Shown: positions 37,110-48,323 of the stretch, one piece after another
Position numbering within the stretch: position 1 is the first letter of the stretch
Layout: each line of letters opens with the position of its first letter
NCBI RefSeq assembly: GCF_036588685.1
Contig: NC_086373.1
Coordinates: forward strand, 66,030,001 to 66,094,000
Direction of reading: 5' to 3'
From: Mytilus trossulus
Lineage: Eukaryota
Length of the DNA stretch: 64,000 nucleotides
Notes under the pieces: model-generated
Databases searched by the model: none
The model's input: the letters and a program-made list of their open reading frames with translations, nothing else
Told to the model about the DNA's origin: nothing
Made by a program: the position numbers and the translations under genes

Positions 37110-37797
37110 GGATGTTTGCTTGTCATGTTTGGGAATTTTTGTCATTTTTTTTGGAATCTTCTGGTTTTATCAATTTGAATGCATTAAACTAATTTGCCCA
37201 TTGACCCCCATTTACTCTTTATAAATCTTTTACATGTATAATTATAAGCCATCTGTAAATTCTTGTAAAATCTTTGTTATTTTTTAATAATATAATTTTG
37301 GATGTTACACGTCTTCTGATTGGCTGACGTTATTTTGTTATGAGCCTCTAAACATAATTTAGTCATGTGACCATGACGTCATCAACTTTTTTTCATGGTT
37401 TTCTACGGGTTAAAATGGAATTTAGAATTAAATTATAAGAAATGACTGTAATATTTTTTCTGTCTATTCGAAATAACATAAAAAATGTGGTGCACACTGT
37501 TAAATAACCCTCTACGCCCATTATTCAGTGTGCACCAAATTTTTTATGTTATTGCTTCATAGACAGAAAAAATATTACAGTCATTCCTTAAATAATTTTT
37601 GATTTTGAGAATTTTGATAAAGTTATGAAAAATCAAGAGAGAACATTTTCTTGACAAAATTTCAATGGCTAATATCTCGAAAACAAGCACATTGACCTAT
37701 ATTATGCTTGTGCTCTTTTGGTTCTTTAATAACCCCCTATCAATGTATACTGGTGTCCTAAAAAGCTTGTCCCTTTAAAACTGAGTAGCGAACCTCC
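37110..37797. mobile_element. TTAA-flanked non-autonomous DNA transposon (Kolobok-like) carrying a nested hairpin element
   Basis: TTAA GGATGTTTGCT ... AGCGAACCTCC TTAA, imperfect terminal inverted repeats. Confidence 0.55.
37291..37591 (+). mobile_element. Terminal-hairpin non-autonomous element H1 (Crypton-like?)
   Basis: TATAATTT..AAATTATA short inverted pair, then a ~70-bp-stem hairpin 37436-37590 ending ATTCCTTAA. Confidence 0.65.
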
Positions 37798-38112
37798 TTA
37801 AAAGCCATAAAAACCTATGGGGACTTTTGTCCTAGATGCCCTGTTGTTACTGGAGCTTAACACTAACTTTTTTGGATCATTGCCAAAACCTGATATACTA
37901 TAAAACGGTTATATATATATTACACATACAATACTAAAACAAAAGGATTAAGAAGTTGTTTGAGCCAAATATTTTTTCAAGTATTAATAAAGTGACTTAT
38001 GTAAACAGTTTTCAACAATTTTGAGAGTATCTATGAAGTATTTTGAATCATAACAAAATTTGATTAATGTAACATGTATAAAATGTCTAACAAATATGAC
38101 AATGACACAGTT

Positions 38113-38431
38113 TTAAACTTTTGGAGCACTTCTATCATTAGTGGTTGCTTTCTTCAATCTCATTCCATGTCTGATATCTCCTAAAAGAGCACTTCTTTCA
38201 TTGGAAGCTGCAGGAGCATTCACTGCTGGTGGAGGAGGTGGACCTTTAGCAGGTGGTGGAGGTGGAGCTAATAATGGAGGGGGTGGAGCTTTAGGTGGAG
38301 GCGGAGCTACTGGAGCAGGTGGTGCTTTTGTGGGCTGAGCTGAAGACTTGGATAAAGATTTTGAAGATGAGTACATTTTAGCTTCTTTGGAACTTTTTTC
38401 TATTGATGTTGTTTTTCGTAAGGAAGACTTT
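38113..38431 (-). CDS. Polyproline + WH2 actin-monomer-binding motif (WIP/verprolin type); terminal exon, possibly the whole CDS from ATG 38376 (87 aa)
   Basis: PPPP tracts then ERSALLGDIRHGMRLKKATTNDRSAPKV*, matching the WH2 helix-LKK-NDRSAP signature of WIP; acceptor TTTCAG at 38432; AAAATG context at 38376. Confidence 0.75.
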
Positions 38432-38876
38432 CTGAAAGTATAAATTAAATGCATTATATATAAACAGATATGAAAATTTGCAGAAGTTAAACTCTTTTGC
38501 AAAAATCTGTACTCTCTCTTTACAGGAGAAATTAAAGAACCTGCTTATTATGGATTATTCTATTGTTTTGCTTTTAGTCTGTTAGGTACTGGTTTGTCGT
38601 CTCAATTTATTTATTACTCATATCTTTTTTTATTCATACTCATAGTTACTGAATTATTTCAATACATCTTAGGCTTTTAACTTTTAGCACAGGTCTGATT
38701 AAAAACATGTCTAGATGAATAGCTTCAACATGTTGAAACAACTTTTGTATGTTCAGTTAAAAATCAGTCAAAATGAGTATGACTGACACTCAAAATTTCT
38801 AAATTGCAATAAAACCTCTAAGATTAATCCTCATAATTGTTTTAAAAAACTAAATTTGATGGTTTCCTAATGTTAA

Positions 38877-39778
38877 GGTGGTACCTAACACTACAGGGAG
38901 ATAACTCCGTAAAATCAGCTAAACGTTTTAATTACGTTGTGTTGTAAAAGGAATATTCTAATGCAATTTGGATGTAACAATTTTTTTCATTGGCTAAAAG
39001 TTGCCGTCAAATCCACAGTTGATTAGGCGTAACTAAGGCGGGACCAGCCATTTTGGATTGGTGAATCAACAAATGTTCGATTACTACTATATAATCGAAA
39101 ATAAAACAACACCTACCTCGAATTCGCCGTTTTAATGTAATTTTATTCAATTTGAAGCGTACAGGTAACGTAATAACCTCCAGTTTGCAAGTTTTCATTT
39201 GAATGACATCACGTTTAGCCATGACGTCTTTGTGCCAAAATCATTCAAGAAGTTTCGCGGATTTTTTTTATTTCACATATTTAGACATTTTTTCAAGTTT
39301 TATCGGATTTTTTCTTTTTGTAATGCATTAGAATCAGAATAACAGTACTGTAGTTGAAGAGTTGCCACCGTCAATTTTGATTTGACGGTCGCAAATCTCC
39401 GTTTTACTGTCTCCCCTACGCATCGCCAGTAAAACTGCATTTGCGACCGTCAAATCTACAATTGACGGTCGCAAATCTCCGTTTTACTGTCTCCCCTACG
39501 CATCGCCAGTAAAACTGCATTTGCGACCGTCAAATCTACAATTGACGGTGGCAACTCTTCAACTACAGTACTGTTATTCCTTAATTAAGCTTCTCAATGA
39601 TCAAAATGAGTGTTTGTCAAACTGCTATATAACCAGTGTAACTTTTCTGATAAAACGGTTGGTTCAAATCTTTTGAAATTTTTATATTTTTGTCAAAGGG
39701 TCAAAGTAAATACTTTGTATAAATTTCAAGAAAATTAAACGAGCCAAATTAATTTTAGTTAAAGTGTTGGGTACCACC
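38877..39778. mobile_element. TTAA-flanked non-autonomous DNA transposon (Kolobok-like) carrying a nested hairpin element
   Basis: TTAA GGTGGTACCTAACACT ... AGTGTTGGGTACCACC TTAA. Confidence 0.8.
38955..39584 (+). mobile_element. Terminal-hairpin non-autonomous element H2
   Basis: ATTCTAATGCA (38955) / TGCATTAGAAT (39324) pair; hairpin 39337-39579 with an exact internal 80-bp tandem duplication; ends ATTCCTTAA. Confidence 0.7.
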
Positions 39779-40479
39779 TTAATTTTGCAATGCTAATTAT
39801 ACAAAAAAAATATTAGAGTGACCACATATATTTACTTTGATAGCTGTCTGCCTTTCTTTACTGTTTTCAGTAATGACTTCATTGGTTGTGAGTAGCTGAT
39901 CTACAAATATGAATAAAACAAATTTATTTCAAAGAACTGTGAGTGAGTGTGTCACACTAATAACATGTATAAGCCAGAGTGGCTCAGAATTCAAATATCA
40001 AATTTGTACAAAATGTTCTTTGATCTTTATGACAACTGAATAATAACTTATGATGATCACTGAACCTGAATTAAAATATTAAATTGTAACAGAAAAAAAC
40101 AAAAATCGAAAATAATTATTATTCACCATTAACATGATGATTATAATGTCATGAAATACCAAATGTTTTATCAAATATTTTGTAAAACAAAAATAAATGT
40201 CATTTTAACTGACTGGTATTTTGTCATGGACAAATCATAACCAAAAGTTATAATAACTAAGACTTACAGGTGCTGGATTAAATTTGGCAAGCTCTAATAA
40301 TTTTTCATGACAAAAGAAGTCTAACTCAGAAATCTGAAAGATAAAAAAAAAATGATTCTTTGTGAGCATGCTCACATACCACACAATATCACATTGTCAC
40401 TGGATAAACAAATCTCAACAGATTCATATCTCTACAAATGTCAACTGGTAAAATTTTTCTTTTTTCTTATGCACATTGA

Positions 40480-41372
40480 CATGTTATGTCCTCATTTTAA
40501 CGACCAGTTTCATGAAATTCTGTTGAGTGGTTTCAGAGGAGTTGCGATTACAAACTGTTGCAGTAGTAAATTCAGGCCAACATTCTTAGTTCAAAGGGCA
40601 TATATAACTCTTAGAAAAAAAACTGAATCATAATTTCCTGTCGATACGCCCATCTACATAGTATGCTTTTATTATCTACAAAGTTTCGTGATATTCTGTT
40701 GTGTGGTTTCAGAGGAGTTGCATTAATATATTTAAAGGGCATAACTCCTAGAAAAAAATTGAATCATAATTTCCTGTTAATATGCACATCTTCATAGTAT
40801 GCCCTTATTATCTAAAAAGCTTCATGAAATTCTGTGGTGTGGTTTTAGAGAGTTGAGATGAAACTGTTGCACTAGTATAATGAGCCAAATAAATTCAAAG
40901 AGGCATAACTCCTTGAAAAAAATTGAATCATAATTTCCTGTTGATATTCACATCTACATAGTATGTTTTTATTATCTATTAAGTTTCATGAAATTCTGTT
41001 ATGCGGTTTCAGAGGACTTGCAATGAGAAGAATAGGACTGACAAACAGACAGATCATAAACATGAGTTTGAACATAAGTAGCATATTGTTTTGTTTAAAT
41101 CATAAACCAGAAGAATTTGTTTATACTACAAGATTATCATTTTTTATTTTCAGTGGACCATGAAATTGAGTTCAAAATTCTAATTTGGCTTTAAAATTAG
41201 AATTTTGAAACCGTAAAGAACATGTGTACTAAGTTTCAAGTTAATAAGACTACAAATCTACCAAAAACTACCTTGGTCAAAAACTTAAACCTGAAACCAG
41301 ACAGACGAACAAACGGAAGAATGAACAGATGCAAATACCAAAAACATAATGCCCATAAATTGGGCATAAAAA
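40480..41372 (+). mobile_element. Decayed Helentron-type satellite elements (two adjacent)
   Basis: Tandem units AAGTTTCATGAAATTCTGTT..GGTTTCAGAGGAGTTGC at 40500-41030; 41150-41372 resembles the 62161 element (ACAG/ACGG microsatellite, AACATAATGCCC..GGGCATAAAAA). Confidence 0.55.
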
Positions 41373-41840
41373 TCATCATTTTTTTTAAAGCATCTTTAGA
41401 TTTATTGTTGCATGACAGAGGAGTGAAATTACAGATTTTCATTTACATGATTTAATTTGTGTGGGAAACAAGGGTATTTCATTGCAACCAATGTGATAAT
41501 ATTATTCTTTTTTTTAGCAAAAGAGTTAACTTTACCATTGCTTCAATTACAAAGGATTTAATACACTTTTCAAACCATATTGTTAGATTTGTAATGAATG
41601 TACATTTTAATTTGTGTTGCTCAGTTTTCAGTTTTGTATACTGTTTTTTGTCATTTTGTCTTTCACTATTTTTGCCAATGTGTTGTCAGTTTATTTTGGA
41701 CATTAGTTTGAATTTCCCTTTGGTATCTTGTGGATCCCTTGTCTCTTTTATTACACTGAGTTTTAAATAGTTATAATAATTACCTTAAATTAGCATACAG
41801 CATGACAAGAAAGAGTTTTTTCTTAAAGTAACATACGTAC

Positions 41841-41894
41841 CTCTTTGATTGATGGATATTTTCCACTACTATTTTCAAATATATAATTTAAAAC
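41841..41894 (-). other. Candidate upstream (probably untranslated) exon of the WH2 gene; a second candidate lies at 42329-42392
   Basis: Pyrimidine tract + CAG acceptor and GAG|GTACGT donor; a stop falls in the phase needed to join the WH2 frame. Confidence 0.35.
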
Positions 41895-43178
41895 CTGAAA
41901 TTAAAATAAAGAACTTAATAGGTCATCTACATATAACACAACTGATTTCTCCTAAGGAACAATGAATTAAAAATGTTTTTACAATTAAATATCAATACAA
42001 TAGAAAAGAAAGCTGTGAAATATAGCTTTATTTCTTAGCTTTATTTCTTAGCTACAATAGCAAAACAATCGTAAATATTGCAAATATTGCAAATAACATA
42101 AAGCTTGTGAATATAAAAAAAGCCTTCCTAAAAAGTTGCAGCATAATACAAGAGTACTGAGATGGTATGGGATTCAAAGAAAAGTGGATGCAACATTTGA
42201 CTCTTAACAAATTTAAGATTCATATTTGAAGAATTACAGCAATGTAGTTTTCACCTTTAAATGGGGGATTCAACTGTGGCAAACAGATATTAACTGCATG
42301 GTAATTAGAATCAAGAAGTGACACTTACAACTCTTCAACTTCAATGCATTATAAAAAGAAATAGTGATAAGTATTAAAAGAAGCGTTTAAATCTAAATAA
42401 GACAGATTTCCATGAAATTTCATGAAGTATTTGGTGCATTACATCATGGCAAAATATTTCATCATACAAGTGAGGTTTAAAACAATTTGATTGTAAAAAT
42501 TGGTCAATCTGTTGATTATGGCAAGTTTGCATGGCTGCTTCATGTCATGCTAATTTTGAATTTGACTTTAAATAGTAGCCTTTAAAACATGACACCCAAG
42601 AGAGCCTGATTCTGACTTGCTTGCCTGTGTAAATTTTACAAACAGCAAATTTTGCTGATAATGTTTGCTGTTTACATTTTCAAGATAAAGATCAAAGGAC
42701 AAGTAGAACACAAAAGATATTCATTTAGTTACGTTAATTAGGCAAAGACCAACAAAGCATGTAACATTCTTTTTTTAAAAGCCAGCTTTTAAAGGCAATA
42801 ACTCATAAAAGGGATCAATTGACCATCTCAGCAGCTTCACCCTCTTTAGTTCTATTTTGAGTAACAGTGGCCATTTAATTTGTTGGACAATATACATTGA
42901 TGAATAGTCATCCTTACAAATTATTGCAATAACGAACATATGTCCGGAAATCTAGACCACCTTTTCATTTTAATTCTTTCGTAGGAAATTATTAATCTCA
43001 AATTTTTCAATCGTTTAGTACACTTTTAGCCTTATCAGTCCTTTAAATATTTGCATGTTAAAAACTCAAGTTTGAATGTATTGTTTGACCTTGTTGTCAA
43101 TATACCTGCAAATGTTATCTTATAATGACGAAGTAAAATATATTTTAAATCACTCATATAAACTGAATACATACAAAA

Positions 43179-44883
43179 ATGGCGTTTTCACAGTCAATAG
43201 GGAAAGCACAGACTCCAGCTCTGTGTCAGTTCTGTGAAGAATCACAAGAAATTAAGTGGAAGTGTATAAACTGTGAACTATTTCTTTGTCAACTATGCTG
43301 TTCAAAGATACATAGTAAAATCAAGGCATCTATGGAACATGAAATTATAAATGTAAAAGATTTTGAAATGGTAGATTTTGCCACTTCAATGCGGAAAGTT
43401 GACCTTGAAAACATGGTATGTACAATCCATGACAAACAGAAATGTTTTGTTTTCTGTAAAGACTGCAGTGTGCCGTCTTGTTCTAAATGTTTAATGGAGA
43501 CTCATAAATTGCATGACTATAAAGACCTTGATGAAGAGTATAAAGAAATATTCTCTGAAATGGAAGAACTAATAAAACAATTTGAAGCCAATCTAAAATT
43601 CATTAGTAATGAAAAGAAATACTTGCAAGAAAAGCTTTCTGATGGTGATGACAATTTCAAAGAAACAAGGGATTTAATTCTGCAAACAGAGAAAAAAATG
43701 AAAGACTTTATTTCAAAACATGCTAAAGACCTATTACAAGAACTTGAGGCAAAATGGAAGCAAACTGAAAATATCATAAAAAGAGAACTTTCAGCCATCA
43801 CAAAAAATGAAGAGGAGATTAAGACCAGGAAGAAAAATCTATACCAAGCTCTGCAGTCTCATCAAGCCATTGACATTTTCTCTACAAGTAAAACTTTAGA
43901 AAAGTTATTGCCACATTATTCAGTTAAAAAAATCAAAGAAAATAAAACAAAGTTTATTCCCACAAATATGGAAGTGAAAAAAGGAAGTCAGTCAGTGTTA
44001 GGCGACATTTATACAATTCTGGACTTGGAATTAATAAACACTTATCCGAGTGATCTTGAAAATGTGACAAACATAGTATTCTGCAGTGACAAAACAGCAG
44101 CTATAGGAAGCCTCAATAGTTCAAAAATACAAAATAAAATTTGAAACTAATACATGTAATATCAAAGTAGAAACAGAAATTCAGATAGAGGTTAACGATA
44201 TGGCAAAATTTATCGATAATGAAATACTTGTGGCAACAGGACAAAGTGGCCTTACACTATATACCAAAGATGGACAATTTACCACATTTAAGTCATTTTC
44301 CCACTTAAAAACTGCAAGTGTTCATGTAACTAAAGACAGTAAAATAGTAGTTGGTTTGGTGGAATATACTCTCGATATATTTAGAATTGCAAAAGAAAGT
44401 CACAGAAAAGTTGTAATTATGAACCTGGATGGTGACATACAACATACAATTGAATATAACAGGGACAATCAGAGACTGTTAACATGTCCTTATAGAATCA
44501 ATAGTTTAAAAGATAGGATAGTAGTTGAAGATATTATGAACAAGAAACGGGAGGGGAGGGTTGTAATGTTTGATTATGGGGGACAACTCCATTGGACCTA
44601 CAATGGATGTAATAGAATCATTTCTGATCAGGTTAAGTTTTACCCAAGAGATGTGTCAATAACCTCTACAGCAATGATTTTAATTTCTGACCAAATCAAT
44701 CATGCAATACATGTAACAACTCCTGCTGGGGAGGTTATTGTATGTTATGATGTAAAAGTCTTAGGTATAGAGTTACCTTTCAGTCTTGATATTGACAATA
44801 ATGAAGTTTTATGTATTGGATGTGACACATGGGAGGAAGACAAAATTAGAAAGGCCAAGATCATCTGTGTTAAACTAACTTGA
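43179..44883 (+). pseudogene. RING-less TRIM-like protein (2 B-boxes, coiled coil, beta-propeller) copy 1, frameshifted
   Basis: ORFs 43179-44144 and 44200-44883 are colinear with intact copy 3; 2-nt loss in an A-run at about 44131 (CAAAATA vs CAAAAAATA in copy 2); a homopolymer sequencing error is not excluded. Confidence 0.8.
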
Positions 44884-45042
44884 GGACGTTTGCTGCTCAG
44901 TTTCAAAATAAATAGTTTCCCATAACACTAGTATATATTGATAGGGGATTAATTGAGGAATCAAAAAAGCATATGGATAGTCAGTGATCTTGACACAAAT
45001 GTAGATAAACTCATCAAAGATACCAGGACTAAATGTTGTGTA

Positions 45043-45087
45043 TAGGCCAGACACGCGTTTTGTCTACAAAACACTCATCAGTGACGC
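45043..45087 (-). ncRNA. Decayed type I hammerhead ribozyme inside a retrozyme-like repeat (about 45001-45215)
   Basis: Minus strand GCGTCA CTGATGA GTG TTTTGTA GAC AAAA C GCGT GTC TGGCCT: intact CUGAUGA, GAAA changed to AAAA, GUC site, stem I partly pairing. Confidence 0.6.
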
Positions 45088-46176
45088 TCGAATCAAAATA
45101 AGGTAAAAGGCCAAATAAAAGTATGAAGTTGAAGAGCAGTGAGGACCAAAATTCCTAAATAGTTTTGCCAAATACAGCTAAGGTAATCTATGCCCGAGGT
45201 AGAAAAGCCTTAGTAGTTTATCAAATAAAGGAATATCTCAGCAGTTTTAGTTCATTGGTGCACTTTGAAGGCCAGTTTGAGCTAAAACATTTTGCATCTA
45301 TTGTTTCTATATCCGTAGAATGTCTGTAAACATTGAATAATTCATTTTTTGACTGAATCCACTGATTGAATCATTGTTTCAATCTATTCACCTTGTCATT
45401 CAACTAACATCTGATGTTAAAAGAAAGAAAATTTCGAAAACACAGGCAAAAATGTTCCATTCAGATTAAAATTAACTATAGGTGTCTGTACATTGCCAAT
45501 GCTCCCATTTGTAGCCTAAGTGGTAATTCATATGACAGGCAAGGTGTATCAGGGAGATAACAATATGAAACTGAGAAATTAAATTTTGGGAAAAGATAGA
45601 AAAACCTGAATGACAAATGTTGATTAAAGAAAATTGAATGGCCAACCCAAGTGGCAAAAATAAGACAAATATCAAATTAATTTGTTTGGTGTATGTTTTC
45701 TTGTTTTGTTAATATTTGGTTTTGGTCGAGTTAATTGATATTTCATATTGTGTCTTTCTATTTTGTAATGTTAAACTACTGTTTCAGGTTAGGTTGAAAG
45801 TTGTCGCCTGTTAAAAGCCTTCAAAATACTGCATTTGTTTGCACCTGTCTTAAGTCAGGAACCTGCTGATCAATGGTTGTGGTATGTTGATAGGGTTCAT
45901 ATGTTCACAAGGAAGTTATGAAACCAAGAGTTGCAAGTGGTACCCAGTGAAGATGAAATCATCCCTTTGTAAATTTTACAGACGCTATCACGAGTTGAGT
46001 GACTGTTATGGAATATCCCTCTTATAGATGATAGGTAGCAGATATGTTTCGTAATGTTATAACTACAATCCTGCCCTTTTTCCCTGAATTTGACCAACAA
46101 AATTGATTTTTTTGCCCAGTTGTTACTTACATGAGCAACACAACGGATGCCACATGTGGTGCAACATCTGCTTATA

Positions 46177-46440
46177 CTCGTGCCAGTTGAGTGACTGTTA
46201 AAAGTCTTGGTATCCAGTATTTGTTTGCAAGTCAAACATTGTTTGTTTCTGCAACCCTTGCAAGAGCCCATAGATGAAGAGCCTTCTTGAGAGGATAAAT
46301 CAGCTCTCACCAGCAAATCTTTAAGGCTTTTGGGCCTATGGAAAGCCAGTACAGATGGCTCGGGAAAGATCTTGGATAGTTTAGAATGTTTTTCGATCTC
46401 TTTCCAATTTTCCCGGATTAGGTGAGATAAGTTGTCAAAT
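46177..46440 (-). mobile_element. Penelope-like retroelement fragment (RT-thumb to GIY-YIG linker)
   Basis: IFPEPSVLAFHRPKSLKDLLVRA..CKGCRNKQCLTCKQI..F.S..TG, the Cys-rich linker that precedes the GIY-YIG domain in Penelope-like elements. Confidence 0.8.
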
Positions 46441-46547
46441 TTTCTTATATATATAACTCGTCTAAACATCAACCCAACAATGTTAGATCTGTAAATGTGC
46501 TTTCGCAAATTTTTGGTTCTTCCCTCGATTCAATATATATATTTATA

Positions 46548-47283
46548 TTGTTAGTCAAATGCGTTTTGTTTAAATATGCTTTTTCACTATTTTGGTCTTT
46601 TGGAAAATGTTGTTTGTGCTGTTTTTAGACCCTTCTACAACGAAATTTGTTTTGCATGCACACATATCAAAATTTCGGTTTTTATCCAACGCAATCATAG
46701 GTTTGAACGTAGTTCTCAATTTAGACTCGTTTATATTTTTTCGTTTGGGCTTGTATCATATTTTCCCTCCGGTTTATAAGATCCTTTCATCCTATAATGA
46801 CTCTCAAAATTCAAGAGTTTATCTAAAAATCAGGGTACTTTTTATATGGCCTTCCTAATACCGTTTCGATCCCTAACATCACTAAAAAGACATTTATTGT
46901 CGAAATCTAGATCTGGTGTACTAAAATTATTGACACCTCATGTTTGTGGCAAAAGATCTTGGCCACAAGTTTATTGTTTTCTGTTTAGTATTAAATATTA
47001 AGATCCATTTTGTTACATCTTGTGATCAATTTTATTTGGCAATCGCCAATGGCAGTCAGCAGGGTTATAGAACATCAGTTGTTCGACCTGTTAGTCAAAT
47101 GCGTTTTGTTAATACATGTATATACTTTTTCACTTTTTTGGTCTTTTGGAAAATGTTGTTTGTGCTGTTTTTAGACCTTTCTAAAACGAAATATGTTTTG
47201 CATGTACACGTATAAAAATTGCGGTTTTTATCCAATGCAATCATAGGTTTGAACGTAGTTTTCAATTTAGACTCGTTTATATA
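46548..47283 (+). mobile_element. Partial tandem (about 540-nt unit, about 1.35 copies) containing a hammerhead: retrozyme or Penelope pseudo-LTR
   Basis: About 190-bp direct repeats at 46548-46737 and 47088-47283 (TGTTAGTCAAATGCGTTTTGTT..TTAGACTCGTTTATATT) flank the hammerhead relic. Confidence 0.65.
46876..46919 (+). ncRNA. Decayed type I hammerhead ribozyme
   Basis: ACATCA CTAAAAA GACA TTTAT TGTC GAAA TCTAG ATC TGGTGT: stem I ACATCA/TGGTGT, perfect stem II, GAAA, palindromic stem III, AUC site; CUGANGA core reads CUAAAAA. Confidence 0.6.
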
Positions 47284-47394
47284 TTATATAAAGACCACTA
47301 TAATAAATGTTTTTGTGTATAGAAATCAATAAATATATAAAGATCACTATAATAAATCATAACATACCGGAAATGTTGGATTTATTAGTAATCT

Positions 47395-47580
47395 ATATAT
47401 ATATATATATATACAACTCATCTAAACATCAACCCAACAATGTTAGATCTGTAAATTTGCTTTTGCAAATTTTTGGTTCTTTCCTCGCTGGGATTTGAAC
47501 CCATGCTACTGTAATATCGTGACACCAAATTGCCTGCACTGCAGCCGCCGTCCCGCTAGACCACACAACCACTTTGGCTC
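47395..47580 (-). mobile_element. tRNA-derived SINE (truncated second copy about 46447-46530)
   Basis: Minus strand A-box TGGTCTAGCGG and B-box GGTTCAAATCCC; (AT)n tail at 47395-47412; body duplicated at 46455-46527. Confidence 0.7.
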
Positions 47581-48323
47581 TACAAAAATTAGAGCTTTCG
47601 CTGGCCGTGTGTTACCTTTTCACGTGGATTTTAATCTAGCAGTGTAATGCAGTACATGATATATAAGGCATGCAGTGTTTCAATGAATAATAACAATATC
47701 TTATAAATAATATTAATTCAAAATTGCATTTACATTATTATTGCACATGTAAAATGCCCTTCTCAGGATTGGCACCCTGCCAGTTTGAAATCCAAGCTGG
47801 TTCATGTGTAGTTGATGGACCATTTTTATCCCAAGATAAACTTTTCAAACTGCTAAAATTCCTGTGGAACCAGTCCAAGAAAATTTATAACATTTGGCCT
47901 ATAAGTTTCAGAAATGAAGATTTTATCAGAAGTTTATGACAACAGGCTGTCCATGACGAAAAGTGATGACAATATATAATAGGTCACATATCCTTTTATG
48001 ACAGGTGAGCTAAATTCTTCTAAAACAGAATATCTTTCCTTACAAAAGAGAAATTCTCAAATTTTGTAACCTCAATTGCTACATTCGACCTCCTTACATA
48101 CTTAAAACTTTTGTCTGCAAATATTTGGTTGAAATTACACAATGGTTCACTACACATAAACTTTATAAAAAATTACTAAAATATTGAATGACAAAAACTT
48201 TTTATAGGTAGACCAGGTAAATGTATTGTATGACTTTGATATCAATTTTCCTGTAAAAATTGTCTTTAACATCACACAGAAAATAATATTTTTAAATCAC
48301 TTAGTCACTGAATACGTATAACA

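Noticed and set aside
45897-46508. 203-aa minus-strand ORF as a gene
   Set aside because: It is a chance fusion of a SINE piece, a Penelope fragment and another repeat; only 46177-46440 is protein-like.
47480-47575. tRNA gene
   Set aside because: It has A and B boxes but no cloverleaf; the attached body and (AT)n tail indicate a SINE.
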